Shown here one piece after another: positions 36,001 to 54,471 of a stretch of DNA of 64,000 bases; the first letter of the stretch is position 1; every line of letters starts with the position of its first letter. The notes below the pieces were generated by a model, which did not search any database, was not told the DNA's origin, and saw only the letters and a list, made by a program, of their open reading frames with translations. Made by a program: the position numbers and the translations under genes. Source of the stretch: Tubiluchus corallicola (taxonomy: Eukaryota; Animalia; Priapulida); the NCBI GenBank assembly GCA_030141605.1, contig JAQGDQ010000020.1, forward strand, positions 558,001 through 622,000, written 5' to 3'.

Positions 36001-38750
36001 TCTTGTGTCTGGAACACTCATATGGGATGATAACAGCTCATATAATCAGTGATGAGCCAATGGGCAAACATGGTGTCCTAGAAGAAGACTGGACTGCCAT
36101 TTCATTTTTTGGTTTCACACCTGGATACAGCATTGGCTTCAACAAACATGGAGTCATCTATACTCTAAATGATGTAATACCAAATGGATGTCGACGAGGA
36201 AAACTACGTAAGGATATAACAAAAAAGATAATTTTCTGGGTTTGCACACCCATTTGCACTTGGTTGTGAGATTCGTGTCTAAACAAACAGTTCAAAGCTC
36301 ATACGATCCCAGTGTTATTTACAATTAAAGGGCCATTGTTCATGATGGTTGTAGTCCCTAATTTTCAATAGCAATGTGGTTGCAAACAGAATTCTCATGT
36401 TATAATAAGGGAGTTTCATTTGAAACCTGGCACTGAAAAGTTAAGTCAAAGCTTTTATACAGTAGGTCGGCATCAGTTTCTTTCTATTTACTAGGGGAGC
36501 TCTACATGTATATTAGTACATTAATTTTATATTAAATGAGCTAGGAATAAGTTTTGCAAGGATGCTTTTTAATATATAATTACAATAATAAAATCTCCTT
36601 TGTGGAAAATGGAATATATTATTGTTAGATTGTAATGCGTTAAAAAATTGTATGGTTTTATTTTTTAGCTGTGCCGATAATGGTCAGGGCAATATTAGCA
36701 GCTCGTTCCAAGGCAGAAGTGGAAGATGTGTTACGAGATGAAGGTTGTGGGATAGCGTCTGGCATCAGGTAACAGGATTTTATTAAAACCATTAGCTTCC
36801 TACACTATTTTAGCCACTCAAGTTTGCCTGTTTGCTCTTTATGTATGGCCAAATGACTGACTTCAATGAAATTTTGCATGAATAATACTAGGGCCACTGG
36901 GACAGACATAGGGGGAGGGGGTCAATTTTCGCACACTTCAGTATTACTGTATTTCAAAGGAAAAATTCTTTCAATGGCATGGTAACTCAAATATTGTATT
37001 ATAGTAACACAATAATCAAGAGAAAGGTGTCATGCCGCTCTGCCTAAAATAAATTTAAAGATAAATTTAACGCAAAAAAGCCTCATTTTAAAATTTTCTG
37101 CAGACTGCCTGCAAAGAGAGAGATAAAGAGAAGTGAGGATGCAAGCAAACCGAGCAACATTGTAAAAGTGAGCTTTGCTCGCCAGTTTTTGTTTATTAAT
37201 AATCATAATACAATTCAGAGCTGCTCAACACTTTCATACTGAATAGCTTCAGTCTTGTTCCTTGTCATAGTCTTCATACATGTAATCTTTTCCTTATTTT
37301 AAGTTTGTGACATTTACTGCTCACTCACATACAATGTTGAAAAATTAATGTTACCAAACTGAATCAGGTATCTTTACAATATGCCAGCTTAATAAGAAAA
37401 CCTGCCAAACTTAAAACAGTATTGCAAGCGCTGTAGAATTTTGTTAAAATTGGCATGGTGTGATATAGTGTCTGACAGCATGCGATTTTTTTGCTTGTAG
37501 CGTAAATTTAATGCAACCTTCAGAAAAAATGATATCTAACTACGAAGTTGCATATCCGCAGTATGATGAAACAGCCTCAAGATTAGACGTCTGTGTGATG
37601 AAAGAAAAAGATCACTGCATGACAGTACCAACAAGATACCATGTCAACATGTATGCATTAAATATATTATTCATTCAACTGATTCGTTACAAATGATTAA
37701 AATCACGATTGGATAATAATGTGCAGCAACACAGAAAAATATTGATGTTGATGTACTAAAGGTGGTACATAGTACTTAAAGACTGAATGCAATCAGTGTT
37801 AACTTTCCAGATACCACAGAATAAATGCAGGCTGTGATGTACCAAGTCTTGTTGCATCATCAAAGCATAGAGAGGCAGTGATTCGGAAAGCGCCTCCAAT
37901 AAAAACAATTAGTGAGATTATGGAATTGTTAAGTGACTCTTCCGACGAAAAATTTCCGATTTTCCGTTCAGAAAGAGTTCATCCAATGAAAAGCATTACT
38001 TTATTTACAGGTAAGTTTGTAACCTGAAATGGCTCTTCGCATTCATTAATCTGCTAGTTTAACTCGGGGTTCAATTATGCAAGAGTGCGCTGTGCTAGTG
38101 TACATTTGTGACATTGTAGTAAACAGTCTTCTTTATTTACAAGTGGTTACCAGAGTGTTATTCTCAATGACCAGATTTCTCCATTCACCATGTCAATGAA
38201 GGTGTTAAATAATGACCAAAGTTGGTTTCCCAGACTCTCTGCTTTTACTTTATCAAGTGATATATTTATGACAATAATTTATTTGCATATAGCCATGTAT
38301 GCTAAAAATTCTAATTCATTAGTATCGTATCATGCCCATTCTGTTCAAGGCGGTCAGTTAAGTGCTAGTTATCTACGGTGCTGAAATCTTCTCTGAGACT
38401 GGGAATTACTGCTAGATTTAACACTAGAAAAACCGAACTGACCTCCTTTTCCTGATCAAGATACAGACTTAGTTGATGATTTTGGGAATTGCTGATTCAA
38501 CCCTTATTTAAATTAAAAGAACCAACTCGACGATGTTGCTATTCTCAAAAATACTTGATACATAATGTGTTTCTAATTTTTTATATTTTAAGTACTGGAA
38601 ACTCGAAATTTTGAAAACAGATCTGATAAAGATTTTTACTGTCTTTTTTCAGCTATCTTCGACTTGAACAAATACACATGCTCTTTATACCTGGACAGGT
38701 GTTCTACAAGCAGTGGACCATTAGCAGTGTTTAACTTGCCACGTAGTTAA
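33078..38750 (+). CDS. tan-like: Tan-like peptidase C45/Ntn-hydrolase, paralog 2; 9 exons, 394 aa
   Basis: Exons 33078-33146, 34005-34103, 34612-34710, 35189-35323, 35973-36207, 36669-36768, 37501-37650, 37811-38010 and 38653-38750 join into 1185 nt with the same intron phases as paralog 1. Motifs: LPALHVSGNYYSVGYAIGKTF, FPQYVTELQGIADG, G|CTD, GHNED, PGYSIGFNKHGVIYTLN, RYHVN, SSKHRE, LSD...FPIFR, TLFTAIFDL. Confidence 0.93.
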
Positions 38751-39070
38751 CATCTGAAATAACACCTAACAAATACTTGTAGTATACAAAGGTTTATTTG
38801 GAATACAGTCAATGGTTATAGAGTATCTGTACAAAAAAAACTATTCTCAAATTAAAACCCTCATCACTTACAGCTGTTTGTAATGCTTTGTAATCATTTA
38901 TGTTATTTCTGCTGAACTTTACACTATCATAAGCCTTCACACTATTACTAGCATAAACATTTTCTTGAAGTCACACCGAGTTGAGCAATTATGAACAATA
39001 ATGATTCAGACCACAATAGCAACTACCAAAATTACTAAAATTAGATCATCATATTATGCTTTTATGCCGT

Positions 39071-42000
39071 CTAATTTTCTCCTTCCTCTGATTGCAGTAC
39101 CCTTTGATATTGCGAAGTCCAGTTCTGTGGTACAAAACCCTCTCCATACATCTAAAAACAGAAAAATACAAGACAATGAGATTTGTGCTATAAATTCGCA
39201 AAAAACTTGCTTGTTCATGAATTAATGGAGTTACAATTTTATAACCTTCAACAAGAATAAGCTAACAAAAGAAATGAAAAATGCAACATTTCACTTGTAA
39301 TATCAAGAAAGGTTTATATGTTTGGTACAAAAACGATCTTCATTTATTGTACGTCTACTAAAGATATACGTAGTTAATATATTTTAGGTATTGTGTATAC
39401 AATATTTGCTAAGCATATTTAAGCTTATTATCAACAAACAATAATCATCAAATCTTCGTCAGAAAATAAGCTCCACATAAGTAATTACTACAGATACAAA
39501 GAAGCTTGCACAAGATAAGGGACACAGTAGTTTTAAAAACATTTAAAAACTGGAATTTGATACTCAAGTGCTCTAATCATTTTAATAACTGAATTAATAA
39601 AAAATGTAAGAAATCTAGTTGCCTACCTTGCAAACAAACTTTAAGCAATCTCTCATCTTCAGTTCGTGCTGTGCTCGTTCTCCCCAGCTAACTTCATTCT
39701 GTGGTGGATCAGTACCCTGTATTCTTTCGAAGTTTAGATACAACTCTCGTGTAAATTCCTGAGTCACTAATTTTCGAACATCGCCAAACACCGGGTGGTT
39801 CTTGCTAGATGTGCGTGCAAGACAAAAATGACATTTTTAGTATTTGGAACATTTAAGATGAAAACCAAAATTAATGCTATTAGAAGTTTTGTGTCATATA
39901 ATATATTTTGTAAATTTCTTTTGTACCCAAAAAGAACTTTTATTAGGAGTCTCGGTTTCACATTTGCTTGCTGCTTACTGTGGCTGCTTTAGTATTTAGG
40001 TGTATAAAAAGAGTTGCATTGACTTGTATACAAGTGATATGTACATATAGCATGCTGTCCGATGATAGTGTGCACCAAAGAAATGGTGCCAAATTACCGC
40101 TCTTAGAACATTCGCTTAGGCACAGCATTTACTGCAGTTTTTGAGGTAGAATTCTTGTCTATTCTATGTATAAATATCAGTCACTGCAGACTAATATTAA
40201 ATAAACTGTAGTAGAAACAATTAGCAAAACATGCTTACAATTCCACAGCTGCCATGTCTGGTCTAGTTCACATGTGATAGTTCTACAATTATTGCATGTT
40301 ACCATGGCAACAAAATTCATCATATTATACACAATTAGAAAGCCCGTGAAATTCTCTATCTAACCACATGAATTTTTAATCAGGTGTTTCCACCGAGAAA
40401 AAATAAAGTAGAACACAAAACCTAGTTGGTTGCTTTTAGTTGAGATGTTTTCATGGATATTCAAAACTTATGTAAGGTTATAGTTTAAATTACAATCACA
40501 GTTCACTGAATTTTCATGTTGGTATAACAGTGTAACCTGTTAAATGTGCACCAGCACGTTCATTTGCTGTTATTTACTAATAACAGATTGGTGCCCATTT
40601 GAGGCGATGTATACTAATACCAGACATGATGATATCTAGTAGCTACTTACTCAGATTCTTTTATTCCAAGTTTCTTCAGAAACTGCCACAAAATAGCTAA
40701 AAAACATAATGTACAATAAGCCAAAACAATTAGCACCTTGGGGAAATTGCCTGTCAAATACTCTTGTTTAATGCGACAAGCAGGAAAACCATTCAGGTTG
40801 GACAAATAAAATAAAGTTTGATGCACAGAAAAAACTATTAGTCTTTCAACCTGGTAAAATTGTTGTATTAGAGACTCACACCACCATGTAGCCTTTTCCT
40901 ACGAGTTGTAAATTGCGCTCCAAAAGCTCCTTTAAAAGGTGCTGACAAAATTTTTGTATAGATAATGGACAAAAGCAGTCATTTTAGATGGCACATTTGA
41001 CAGCTTGTTTTGCCTGTCAACCCCAGATGGACATGGTGTACAAAAATTGTCCTAGCAGTGCTTGTAAGGGGTCTTAGAGGCAAATTTATAGTCCTTTGGA
41101 AAAATGAGAATCCAGGCTACAAGATGCGAATCTCTTTTACAAATGCCTGTACTAGGATAAGAGGCTAAGAGTTAGTATGAGGAAATGTTTTTTCTGAACA
41201 ACCCTGTATTAGGTTCATTAAAAAATAATATGATGCTTACATTCTGCTACAGGACTCTCCTGCATAAACAGAAATGAGAGGACTGTCATTAGGAGCCCAT
41301 GTCGTGCATATTCCTCCTCCTTCAGCTTTAGATGCCTCTGATTTTCAAAACCATTCACAAGAATGTAACATGCCTTTTTGCTCTCCAATTCTACCAGCTT
41401 TATACCAAATGCCTAAACAAACAGTTCCAAATATAAAATATCAGTAACATAGTGATGTACATAATATCAACTACATATACAACTAACTTACAAGCTTTTT
41501 GTTGATTGTATTTTGAGCACTTTTATGAAACTATTGGGACAAAATGTGAAAACTATGTGAAACTGCCAAGACACTGTGACAAAGCCATGGTATTACAGTA
41601 TGCGCCGGAAAGGTTCACTTTGGGACAAAAGTGTTTTAACGCAATTAACCAACAGATGTAGTATTACTAATATAGAAGTGTGAATGAATCCTCATGAATG
41701 ATTTAGCATGAATCATCAGCTTAGTATGCACTGCAAAGGTTTTTAATGAATTTCAGAAATGAAGTAATGCCTAAATTCCTGTGCAGTAATTTAAAAATAT
41801 TAATTTATAGTGAATTAATAAAAAAGAAATTAAAAAAGTTTCCTTTTTTCATTCTCGTAAAATAGTGCTTGGCATGCTTGAGCTGCAGTTGGTGGTGCTC
41901 GTGTTTCCCCGCAAGTAGCTTCCTGGTCATGGTGATTTAGCAAGGTGACCTATATAGCTGAATCAATTTCAGCCAGCTCTCAAACTCTTTGTTGCTCATA

Positions 42001-45000
42001 CCAGGTGGTGCAGTTAAGCCTATCTCTTGCAGTGTAAGAATTTCATTGTCAGTTTTATTTGAATGAATGAATCTAGCTTGAGTGAACCAGTTCTGAATAG
42101 TGTGTTCAGTTACATTACTCCAGGACAAAGCCAATAAGTGCAGGGTGTTGAAAAGGATGGAAGCTGTGTCGTCGGAATCGTTTCCTTCTAACGAGGTTAC
42201 TTGCTGTGGATGCATTGGTCAAAGCAAAACTGCTAGGCTAACATATTAGCATATGATAAACATTCCTTACAAATAAAACGGTACTTAACGTGATTGTTTC
42301 TATGGATATTAGAGCACAAAAGCTAATTAAGATGACATAAAACTCATGTGCTTATTGGTCACACAAAAGTGTCTTGTTGAAGCACGTAAAGCAGACATAT
42401 TGAGTCAATTATACAGAGTTATTAGAGTCTATCATCAGCAGTTTTTATATAAATTTAAATAGGACCGGCGGTACCAGGTGTTTTTGGGTCACTTAAGTGA
42501 CTGATGCTATTAACTGTGAGTCCAATAAATAGCATGTACTGTATTGAACGAGCTATATTTTTTGCAGTAAGAACAAAACGTGGAAAAGAGAATAGCAAGC
42601 TTGATGTTGGATTAGTACCTAATGTTAAGATAATGAAAAACTTTCACTGAGTATCCAACATCTGTGAAATTCATAGTGACATACTGTGAATGTCAATGTC
42701 ATTTAATTTTGCACTTCAAGCACAAATTACTTATTAGAATTGTGCAAAATTCAATCCCGAGCATAATTTTCTCCACTTGTAGGCACCATGCTTCTTGAGA
42801 TGCAAAACAATACTTTTTCTATAAATGGTAATTCAAGTTTTGCCAATTTAGCTGCATAGTTAATACACTATATGTTAACTTCACAATTACTGTGGTCACG
42901 TAATATAACAGGCTCGTTGTCATTTGTGTCATTTTAATTCAACATTGGTCAAAGTCACGTCGCTGAACTTATATGATTGAAAAAATTCAATATCATTCAG
43001 TGCAAATTGATGCATACTTACTGATTCTAAATTCCTTTTTGCCAACTTGATAAGCTTGGGAAATGCTTTACTGTGTTCTTTCAAAACGTGTTTGTTGATA
43101 TCTAAAAAGGAAACATATATATATATACGTGTTTGTGTGAGTGTGTGTGTGTGCGTACGTGCGTATGTCAAACGAACGATACTTTTAACGTACTTTAGCA
43201 TTTGTTAAATGGGGCAAGAGTTACACAATTTAGTATTCCGTACTTTGCAGTCAGTACTTCCTATGGGTACTACATGTATTTCAAACATTTACTGTAATGG
43301 TTTGTTACCTGCTCGTTTTATGGGATAATTTTTCTGGCTGGCAACTAAAAGGTACTGTACTATTTCGTTTACTTTACGCTGTGCTTCATCGCCACTGAGT
43401 TTCTGCAGTGCTTTATTAACTGCTGAAGGTTGATTACCAGAAGAGGCAGCACCCTGAAATAAATATACATGTTGTAAAAATCTATATTACCTAGGACTTT
43501 AAAAATATATATTGTGTTTTTGTATCACTTTTGACAAACTCATTTCACACACTATGGTTGTTATTTATTTACACAGTTAGACAGTTATTTACATTGTTCT
43601 GATAAGATTATGAAAACAGTACTACTTCTATCTTGAACATAAATTCAAATGATAATAACAATGTCATATTTTTTATGGTAAGTTCAACACTGCTTCTTTG
43701 TGACATTTGATGAGCTTGTGGTCACACCATCCAGTTATTTGCTCATTTTACTAAATGCAAAAAATGTAAAGCAAAATAGAAGAAACTTGATCCCATCCTG
43801 ATTCCTGAATATATTGAAACAAGTCTGACTGAAATTTACCAAACTGTGGGTGGAAGCTAACTGTCACCTTTAAAAAGTAGAATGAAAGCCAAACAATGTG
43901 GAAAATATACAAAAAGTTTATATGACAATATAATAACTTAATAACTTCCATAGGAACTGCCCTTTATGAAATTAGGAGCAAATAATGCTTAGCTTATAAA
44001 TCATGAATCATGTGCGAAATAAATTTAAAATAATAAATAACATTTAGGGGGTTTACAAGAAATGCTTAAATGACACACCATTTTGTTTACTGAAAGTCAA
44101 ACTGTGAACGTAACGAACAACTATTTAAATACTGAAATATTACTACTGTGTCCAGTCCAGCCACACATTTCTATGTACAGTTTCTAGTTTAGTTTTTATA
44201 ATGTTACAATACAAACTCAAAGCATTAGCTCAAATCACACGCAAGCCAAGTGACATTCTGAAGTGACCAAAATAAACATGGAACATGAGAGAATTCTCAT
44301 GATAGGTGAATTGTGCACTGTAAAAAAAACGAGTACAAATGTACAAGTCGAATTTTTGGGAGATGTCGCTAAAAAGTCGTCTACAATACGAATATGTAAC
44401 GAATTAATCCTCCATTACACGCTGGACTGAATGAACATTCTTACTGTGATACTTCACACCAGAGAATGTTCGCATCTTGACATTACTTCACAAAATTAAC
44501 AAATGTAATTTATTGAAAGGTTGCTTTGAAAGGAGGACTGCATGCATAATTAATAAGGTCAGACTTGTAAACATGGGAGCAAAAACGATATTTAAATTGA
44601 TACCGACTGTTGAAAATCTAGCGTAAATACGCATAAACGGAATCGATATTTGTAAATTGAGATATATTTCTATTCAAAAGATGTTACTGAATAAAACTGT
44701 GATGTTTCAGGTATGGATTTTTAGTTTTAAGTGAGAAATCAGCAACTGAAATGTTACGACGGATCCTGCCGCAATATCCTAGGGTTAAAGGCATTACAAA
44801 CAATTATGCGCGATGAAAGGCCAGGCTGCAGTATCATGGATTGCACTGAGGGCCCTCAACATGAATATATATATATATATATATACACAACTGGTAGGTA
44901 TAATATACTCGGCCCAGGCACTCGCACGAATCTTACAAACTAACACAGCACGCTATTGATTTATTACTCGGCCATTGTTGACATCATTTACTCTGGAAGA

Positions 45001-46562
45001 TCTTAATATTTAACGGTCGACTTGTACACAGGTAATATATAAAATGATAAAATTTTTGGTCTTAAAATGTACATCGACTTGTACACACATATATACGGTA
45101 ATTACCACATTAGCAATAACCAAAAACATCTTATGGCAAATGAAATTAATGCCAATTCCATTTTGCAAAAAGGCACTTTATAAACCACCCAAAATGGCTT
45201 GGAAGAAGCCTACCACGTATTATGGCTAATGCCTTATAGCAGTCAAACCACAGTAGGCAGAAGATGGTAAATGGATTATCTGTACGACAGGGACCATTGG
45301 TTAGCATAAGTTCACTCTTCAGAAGCAGCTTTTTCTCCACACGGCTTATGTCTTGCGGATTATGTCAAGCTCTGTGTGACACCGGCATTACAACACCGGT
45401 TCCAATACCAATACTATTAGAAGGCACGTGACATTTGGGCAAGGGATATTTGAGCATGAGACATTTTATCTAAATACATCAGCAGTTTATTAAAATGTGA
45501 CAGCATTTTCAAAAGTATTTTGTGTATTGCAAAAAAGCAAATAACAGAAATGTGCATCACACAATCTATTCATAACTATAATTCATCAAAATACAGTGTC
45601 ATTACAACTAGTATAATAATAATAATGATAAAGTGATTGTGTTTTAGATTTTAGAAGAAGCCAATGAATAGTACGTGTTTAGTTGCTTACACTGACAAAC
45701 CTCTTTATACCACCTATTTTGAAACAAAATAGTTTGTGTTATAGTGAGTTTGGCATTATAACAACGTGCATTAATACATGCATGTCTAAGACATTTTGTT
45801 TTACTGAAAATTTGGGCACTAAGCAAGGTTGGTATTACAAAGGAGGGGGGCATTATAACTAGGTATGACAGAAATAGTCGCCAACTGGAAAAGAACCACA
45901 CCATTAATGAGCCAAATAATGTATATCATTAATAATAAGACTAACAATAACTGTAACAAGTTGCTGTACCTGATGTGAAGTACATAATAATATTAACAGC
46001 AGTGTTTTGTGCAGGCTATAGTGAGGTTTGAAGTTGTTTCCAGTTTTAATTACATGACTGTTCTCACAAAAATAATTATTCTCTCCTTACAAAAAATTTA
46101 CAATTAAAGATGCTTTAAGTTTATAAGGTAATCAAGGGAAGATTCCCGCAGTATTGGCCTACTAGGCAGTAAAACTGTATACTACAGCACACATAAATAA
46201 AGTACTCTTGCATTAAAGTCACTTTGCACCTGACACGGTAGTCAGCAGTCTCTCGTACTCCCAAATTTCTCGTACCTGAATAGCCACACTCAATGGCCCG
46301 TCCCAGATAGGCCACTTTACTTGTTTAATGCTAAACATTGCTGACTGCTGTAAACTGCCATGTTTGATTTGACGAAATCAATCTTTACTCGTGGTGTAAA
46401 TGTGGCCATGATGGTACACCAGAGGACTTAGCTAATGTAGGTTATGGTAAATTCTAATGGCAATGTTAGCGTTACCAGTTCATCCGAAATTTCAGGACAG
46501 TCTGTAGTTCTAGTCCTCCGTTTTTCGATAATCTTCGCTTGCTTTCCTGCTTTTCTAGACAT
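39071..46562 (-). CDS. NSMCE3: MAGE-domain protein, Smc5/6 subunit Nse3/NSMCE3 (MAGE-G1-like); 7 exons found, ~262 aa
   Basis: Minus-strand exons 46562-46476, 43453-43309, 43101-43022, 41412-41241, 40696-40651, 39804-39627 and 39151-39071 join in frame (789 nt). MAGE motifs: KVNEIVQYLL...KNYPIKRADI, AFGIKLVEL...YILVN, GLLMTVLSFLFM, LWQFLKKLGI, HPVFGDVRKLVTQEF...YL, WGERA, NWTSQY. The first exon is less certain and an extra small N-terminal exon cannot be excluded. Confidence 0.92.
41596..42541 (-). mobile_element. Internally deleted Tigger/pogo element in an NSMCE3 intron
   Basis: TA|CAGTA ... TACTG|TA ends. Residual ORF LHLLALSWSNVTEHTIQNWFTQARF matches the pogo/Tigger post-DDE motif (W..V...TI.N.F.KAGF). 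Confidence 0.7.
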
Positions 46563-47424
46563 GCTGGTTATCTCGCAGCCACACAATACACATTTACATA
46601 ATAATTTTGTTCATTATCTTATTCTGGCCGCCGCCCCAATAACAGCAGTATGACACATCTTTTAACGATCTGCAGAGTATTCGTTTTTTCTCTCCGCCTG
46701 TGTCACCCGCTTTCCTGCAACTGGGATTATTAGGTTTATTTTACTATTATCTACTTAAATTTAGAAAAATATAACAAGCAAATTTGCAGGAAAACTGCCT
46801 ACATAGTATAAGGTTAATTTACACTACCGCTGTAGAAAAATCTTCAGATACGGTGGTAGCAGCTATTCACTTGAAAATTATGACATAGCTGGTCTACTTC
46901 ATGACTTTTTGTAAGTGTACCGTGGCTTTCCATAAGAACGCTCAGCTTAAAGTTATTCAAATTTCTGTAGCATACATAACATTCGTGCAAAAATATTACA
47001 AAATTAGCTATTTAATTTTTTGTTAAAGCTTAAAGTGTTATACTTTTGACTAAAATTGAGAGTGTTTTGCTTTTCTTCATCTAATGAACGACGTCCTTGG
47101 AGGGCAAATGGGCATCCAAAATGTAAGTGCCCAAGCATGAAAATAATGATTGCAACTTCAAAGTGATTTTACTAATTACAGAAGGCGTTTATCATATTCT
47201 TATTACTAAATCTTTTAACAATTATCCCGAATATTGAAATAAGTCCAACTTCTCAGAATTTCAGAAAGCTTAGCCTTTCTTTCAAAGGCAAAACAAGGAA
47301 AATTTTAAGGTATGTTCTTGAAACACCTTCCTTACAAAGTTATATTCTTTCGCCTTAAGCTTACTTATTTGGAAAACTTGCGCAACTAGAGAAGAAAACT
47401 GTCAGTAATTTAAATGTTCGCGCC

Positions 47425-47675
47425 AACTGGTAAAATGTCAGTGGCTCACCTCCCCAGGGTGCACCACTATCTGACTCACCAAAGATACACTACTAATTTT
47501 ACTAACAGGATAAAGCAATTTATACTTTTGTTTAGCTAGTGAAGTGTGCACTACAAATGCTCTGATTATTTTTTTAAACTTTACCCCAATGTTATTTAAA
47601 CTTGTTTCAACCGACCTACTGGCCGCGGCAAATGGTCATCTTAAGAGTTTAAATTTTCAAGATTTATACAGCTAA
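47425..47675 (+). mobile_element. Diverged partial copy of the arm of the 21987-23753 element
   Basis: TGGTAAAATGTC..CAGGGTGCACCACT..AATGCTCTGATTATTTT..AAACTTGTTTCAA is collinear with 22150-22390. Confidence 0.7.
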
Positions 47676-49191
47676 TACAAGCTCAGTGCGCAGTGAGACA
47701 GCATGTAGGTGTACAAAATTTGGAGAATTTTTTAGCTTATGTAAGTAAAGGGTTTTCTTGTCCTTCAAACCAAGCTGTTTATTTTACTCTTCACGTGTCT
47801 CTGACGCAATTTACAGTGCCTAGGTTTACGGTTTTCGTGACTTTTTGCTTTAAGTCCTGTAGCATTCAGGGCAGTAAAAAAACCTATCATTAATACTGCA
47901 TGCCTGACTGTAACACACAATGGAGCTGTAATGTGCACCAGGGCGGACCACATCAAAATCATCCATCATTACGTTCACTCTTTACTTTGGGCGGCCTGTT
48001 CGTTATGCTATGGTCGTTGCACATTGTGGTGCACAGATTTCCCTAGCCAATTTATTGTGTTGCAACCCTTTTGTTATTGTATTATTTTCTTAAGGCTAAA
48101 ATAGATAAACAAATAAATATCTAATCTGACGTATTTTTCTGTGTGGGAACAAGCGCACTTCGTGTTACTGCTTAAAGCAAAAGAGTTTTAAAAATAAAAA
48201 ACGCAATAAAAAATCAGTATGCATTAAAATACTGTTTTTCTGCCTACATTTGTAATTTATGAAAATTTTATTTGCACTGCAAAATTTATTTAAGCTCATT
48301 ATGCTGTCACAATTTCGCACTGACAAAACCGAAAACGAATATTACTGACAACTCGAGCGGACAGCATGAGACGCCAACTATCGTTTTTTCAATTAATTAG
48401 TTGAAAAGAAAAATGCTTACAAATGACCTAGTACCATTTCGTCGAGGCAAGACCCCGTCGTTTGTATTCAACTCTCAACGCATAGTATTCTTTAGACTAA
48501 TAACTGTGCTGTGGTATACGGCATTCCTGTAAATAACAAATAAGATGCCTACGCCTATCCAGTGACATTCTAGTCAGCCAGTCTTCTCTGACCCTGCTGT
48601 TGCAAATTTACGTTACCTCAGCCATAAAAGCAAACATGTCTCCGTAATAATCATGTCATTTTTTCTTCTAGTACGTAAAGTGTATAATTATATATTACTA
48701 CAGTGGCATAGTTTGCGACTATGTTATACGATTTCTTATATTCTATTTTAAAGTAATTTTATGCGTTCAATAGGTGACAGGTGAGCTAAAGTGCGGCCAT
48801 GCAACACGGTATAAGTGCAAAAATGTTAATTTATGAACATTACATAAATCTGGCTACAAGTAAGAGCCATTTCTTACGAGTTACGATAGCGTTATGAAGA
48901 GATTAAATTGTATTCCTGTGCACATAATTTATGCAAATAAACATCTAAAGTTAAACTGTTATTTTTCTGAATCTTTGTTAATTAGTTGAGATAAGCACTT
49001 TCTCGTGGCTGTTAAACTTTGCTTTGGAATAGTTAAGTCCTCTTGCGCTGATAAGCACAAATATATTCAAGTGAGCTTCACATGTAGTTACTTGTTAAGC
49101 CAATTCTGAGCTGAGAATTTAGCGTGAAAGTTACTGTAGTACAGGCTGCTTCTTCAGTCCCGTTAGACATTAAATCATCTGAATAATCAGC

Positions 49192-52669
<3,478 letters not shown>

Positions 52670-53054
52670 GATTTTCACTTTTTAAAATGCAGCACACAAA
52701 CTATAACTCTGTCATTCCAGACAAATCCTTTAGTTCTTATGCTGCTCTGAGAGGTATGTCAATCAAATCTTATGTCGAGAAAACTAGTTTTGTATCGTTT
52801 CAATCAACACAAGAAACTCCTGGAGCTTTCCACGGCTCTAAAGACAAAAGATGAACATTTACGAGTAGGTGAATGTGTAATTATTTCTAGATAAGTGGTT
52901 GGAGCTCAGCAGGCATCTTTAAGAATGACTGTGTAGATTAAATAGAAATGTAAAGACGCTAATACTAATAACCTTTATCTGCAGACAAAACCTTTATCTG
53001 TAGATAGGAACAAGGGAGGAGGGAGGGAGGCGTTGAAAAGATATAAATGATGGT

Positions 53055-53122
<68 letters not shown>

Positions 53123-53129
53123 AGAGAGA

Positions 53130-53170
<41 letters not shown>

Positions 53171-53178
53171 AGAGAGAA
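53055..53178. repeat. (GA)n microsatellite
   Basis: Read directly from the sequence. Confidence 0.95.
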
Positions 53179-54471
53179 TGGCATCGCATTTGGTGGCATT
53201 ATATTTTCTGTTAATATCAGCATCGGTATCACTGCTCCTGGAGCATTAGCCACATCGAAACTTTTTTATCCAGAAGTTCTGCAATCTAAGATGAGTAAAA
53301 TCTCCGACATAAAAATGCCTGACAGGTATTCCTTAACAATTCGCAAATTGTTTTTTTTTCCTTTCTTTTCTTGCCCATTTTTTTCATTGTTCAGAAAAGC
53401 TAATATTGCGGTGCATGTTACCCTGCATTACAGAAATTTGGTTTAAATTAAGATGCTTAACGTCTTTAACTTTTCAGCATCAACGGTTCAGTGTCATTGG
53501 CAATTTGTTCTTCTGGAATATTTATGTTTATTGATTCACGCTTGTTAACAGCCCAGATAAAAATATTATTCTTATTAATATTGGATAATGGCACTGTTTT
53601 CAGATTAAGCAAGCAGCCATTGTCTTATGTTTTTTCACGCCAAGTAGCTTTCAGTTGACAGTTCGATAAAGATAGCCATTATAGACATGCAAACACTGAA
53701 CACAATAATAAATCATAATTTAAAATATCTTGCTCATTATACATTTATTGTTTTAAAAATCTACTTTCCTGTTATATTATTAGTAATTTTTACTCTAGAT
53801 TCCCGTTCTACTGTAAGACAGCTTTTATTAAACTAGGCAAAAAATACCAAAACGTTTGAACCCAGCATGAAACGCAATCGATTTTTTAAAACAAAATATA
53901 AGTGACCATTAAGAGTTTATGGAAATTACATGTAAAACGGTGAACAATGTCTATTTGGGTACTAACTAACTTGTCTTCGCTTTTTGAATAAAATGATCAA
54001 AATATAGAGTATTAAATTCGATATAGTTATCATTGTCATTATCTAAGCTTAGGCCGACATAAAAAATTGTATTTATTGCCCGCCTAAACACTACACTACT
54101 AATTTCAAACTGTTGGCTTATCACCGAGACTCTACGAGAAGAAATGAACACAAAGTCGGGTTTTGGGCACTGAAATGTAAGCCGAGAGTGGTTTTGTTTT
54201 TACCATCCACCCTGCAGGGCATTCTTAACTCGTCACAACAGTCAGCGCATTTACTGACACAATCATTTTTTATCTTTCTGTGAATAATAAGTTTACAATA
54301 AAACAAAATATTGCAGCTACAAGATTTGGAATGTTCATTTATACAATTAAATTCTCAATTTTTATTTTCTTATTTTTTGGTGCAGTTTTTTGAATTATTT
54401 GCGGATTGGAAATAGTATTATAATACGTCACTTTTTGGACATGCTACTAAAGTTGATGTAATCCCATGCCA

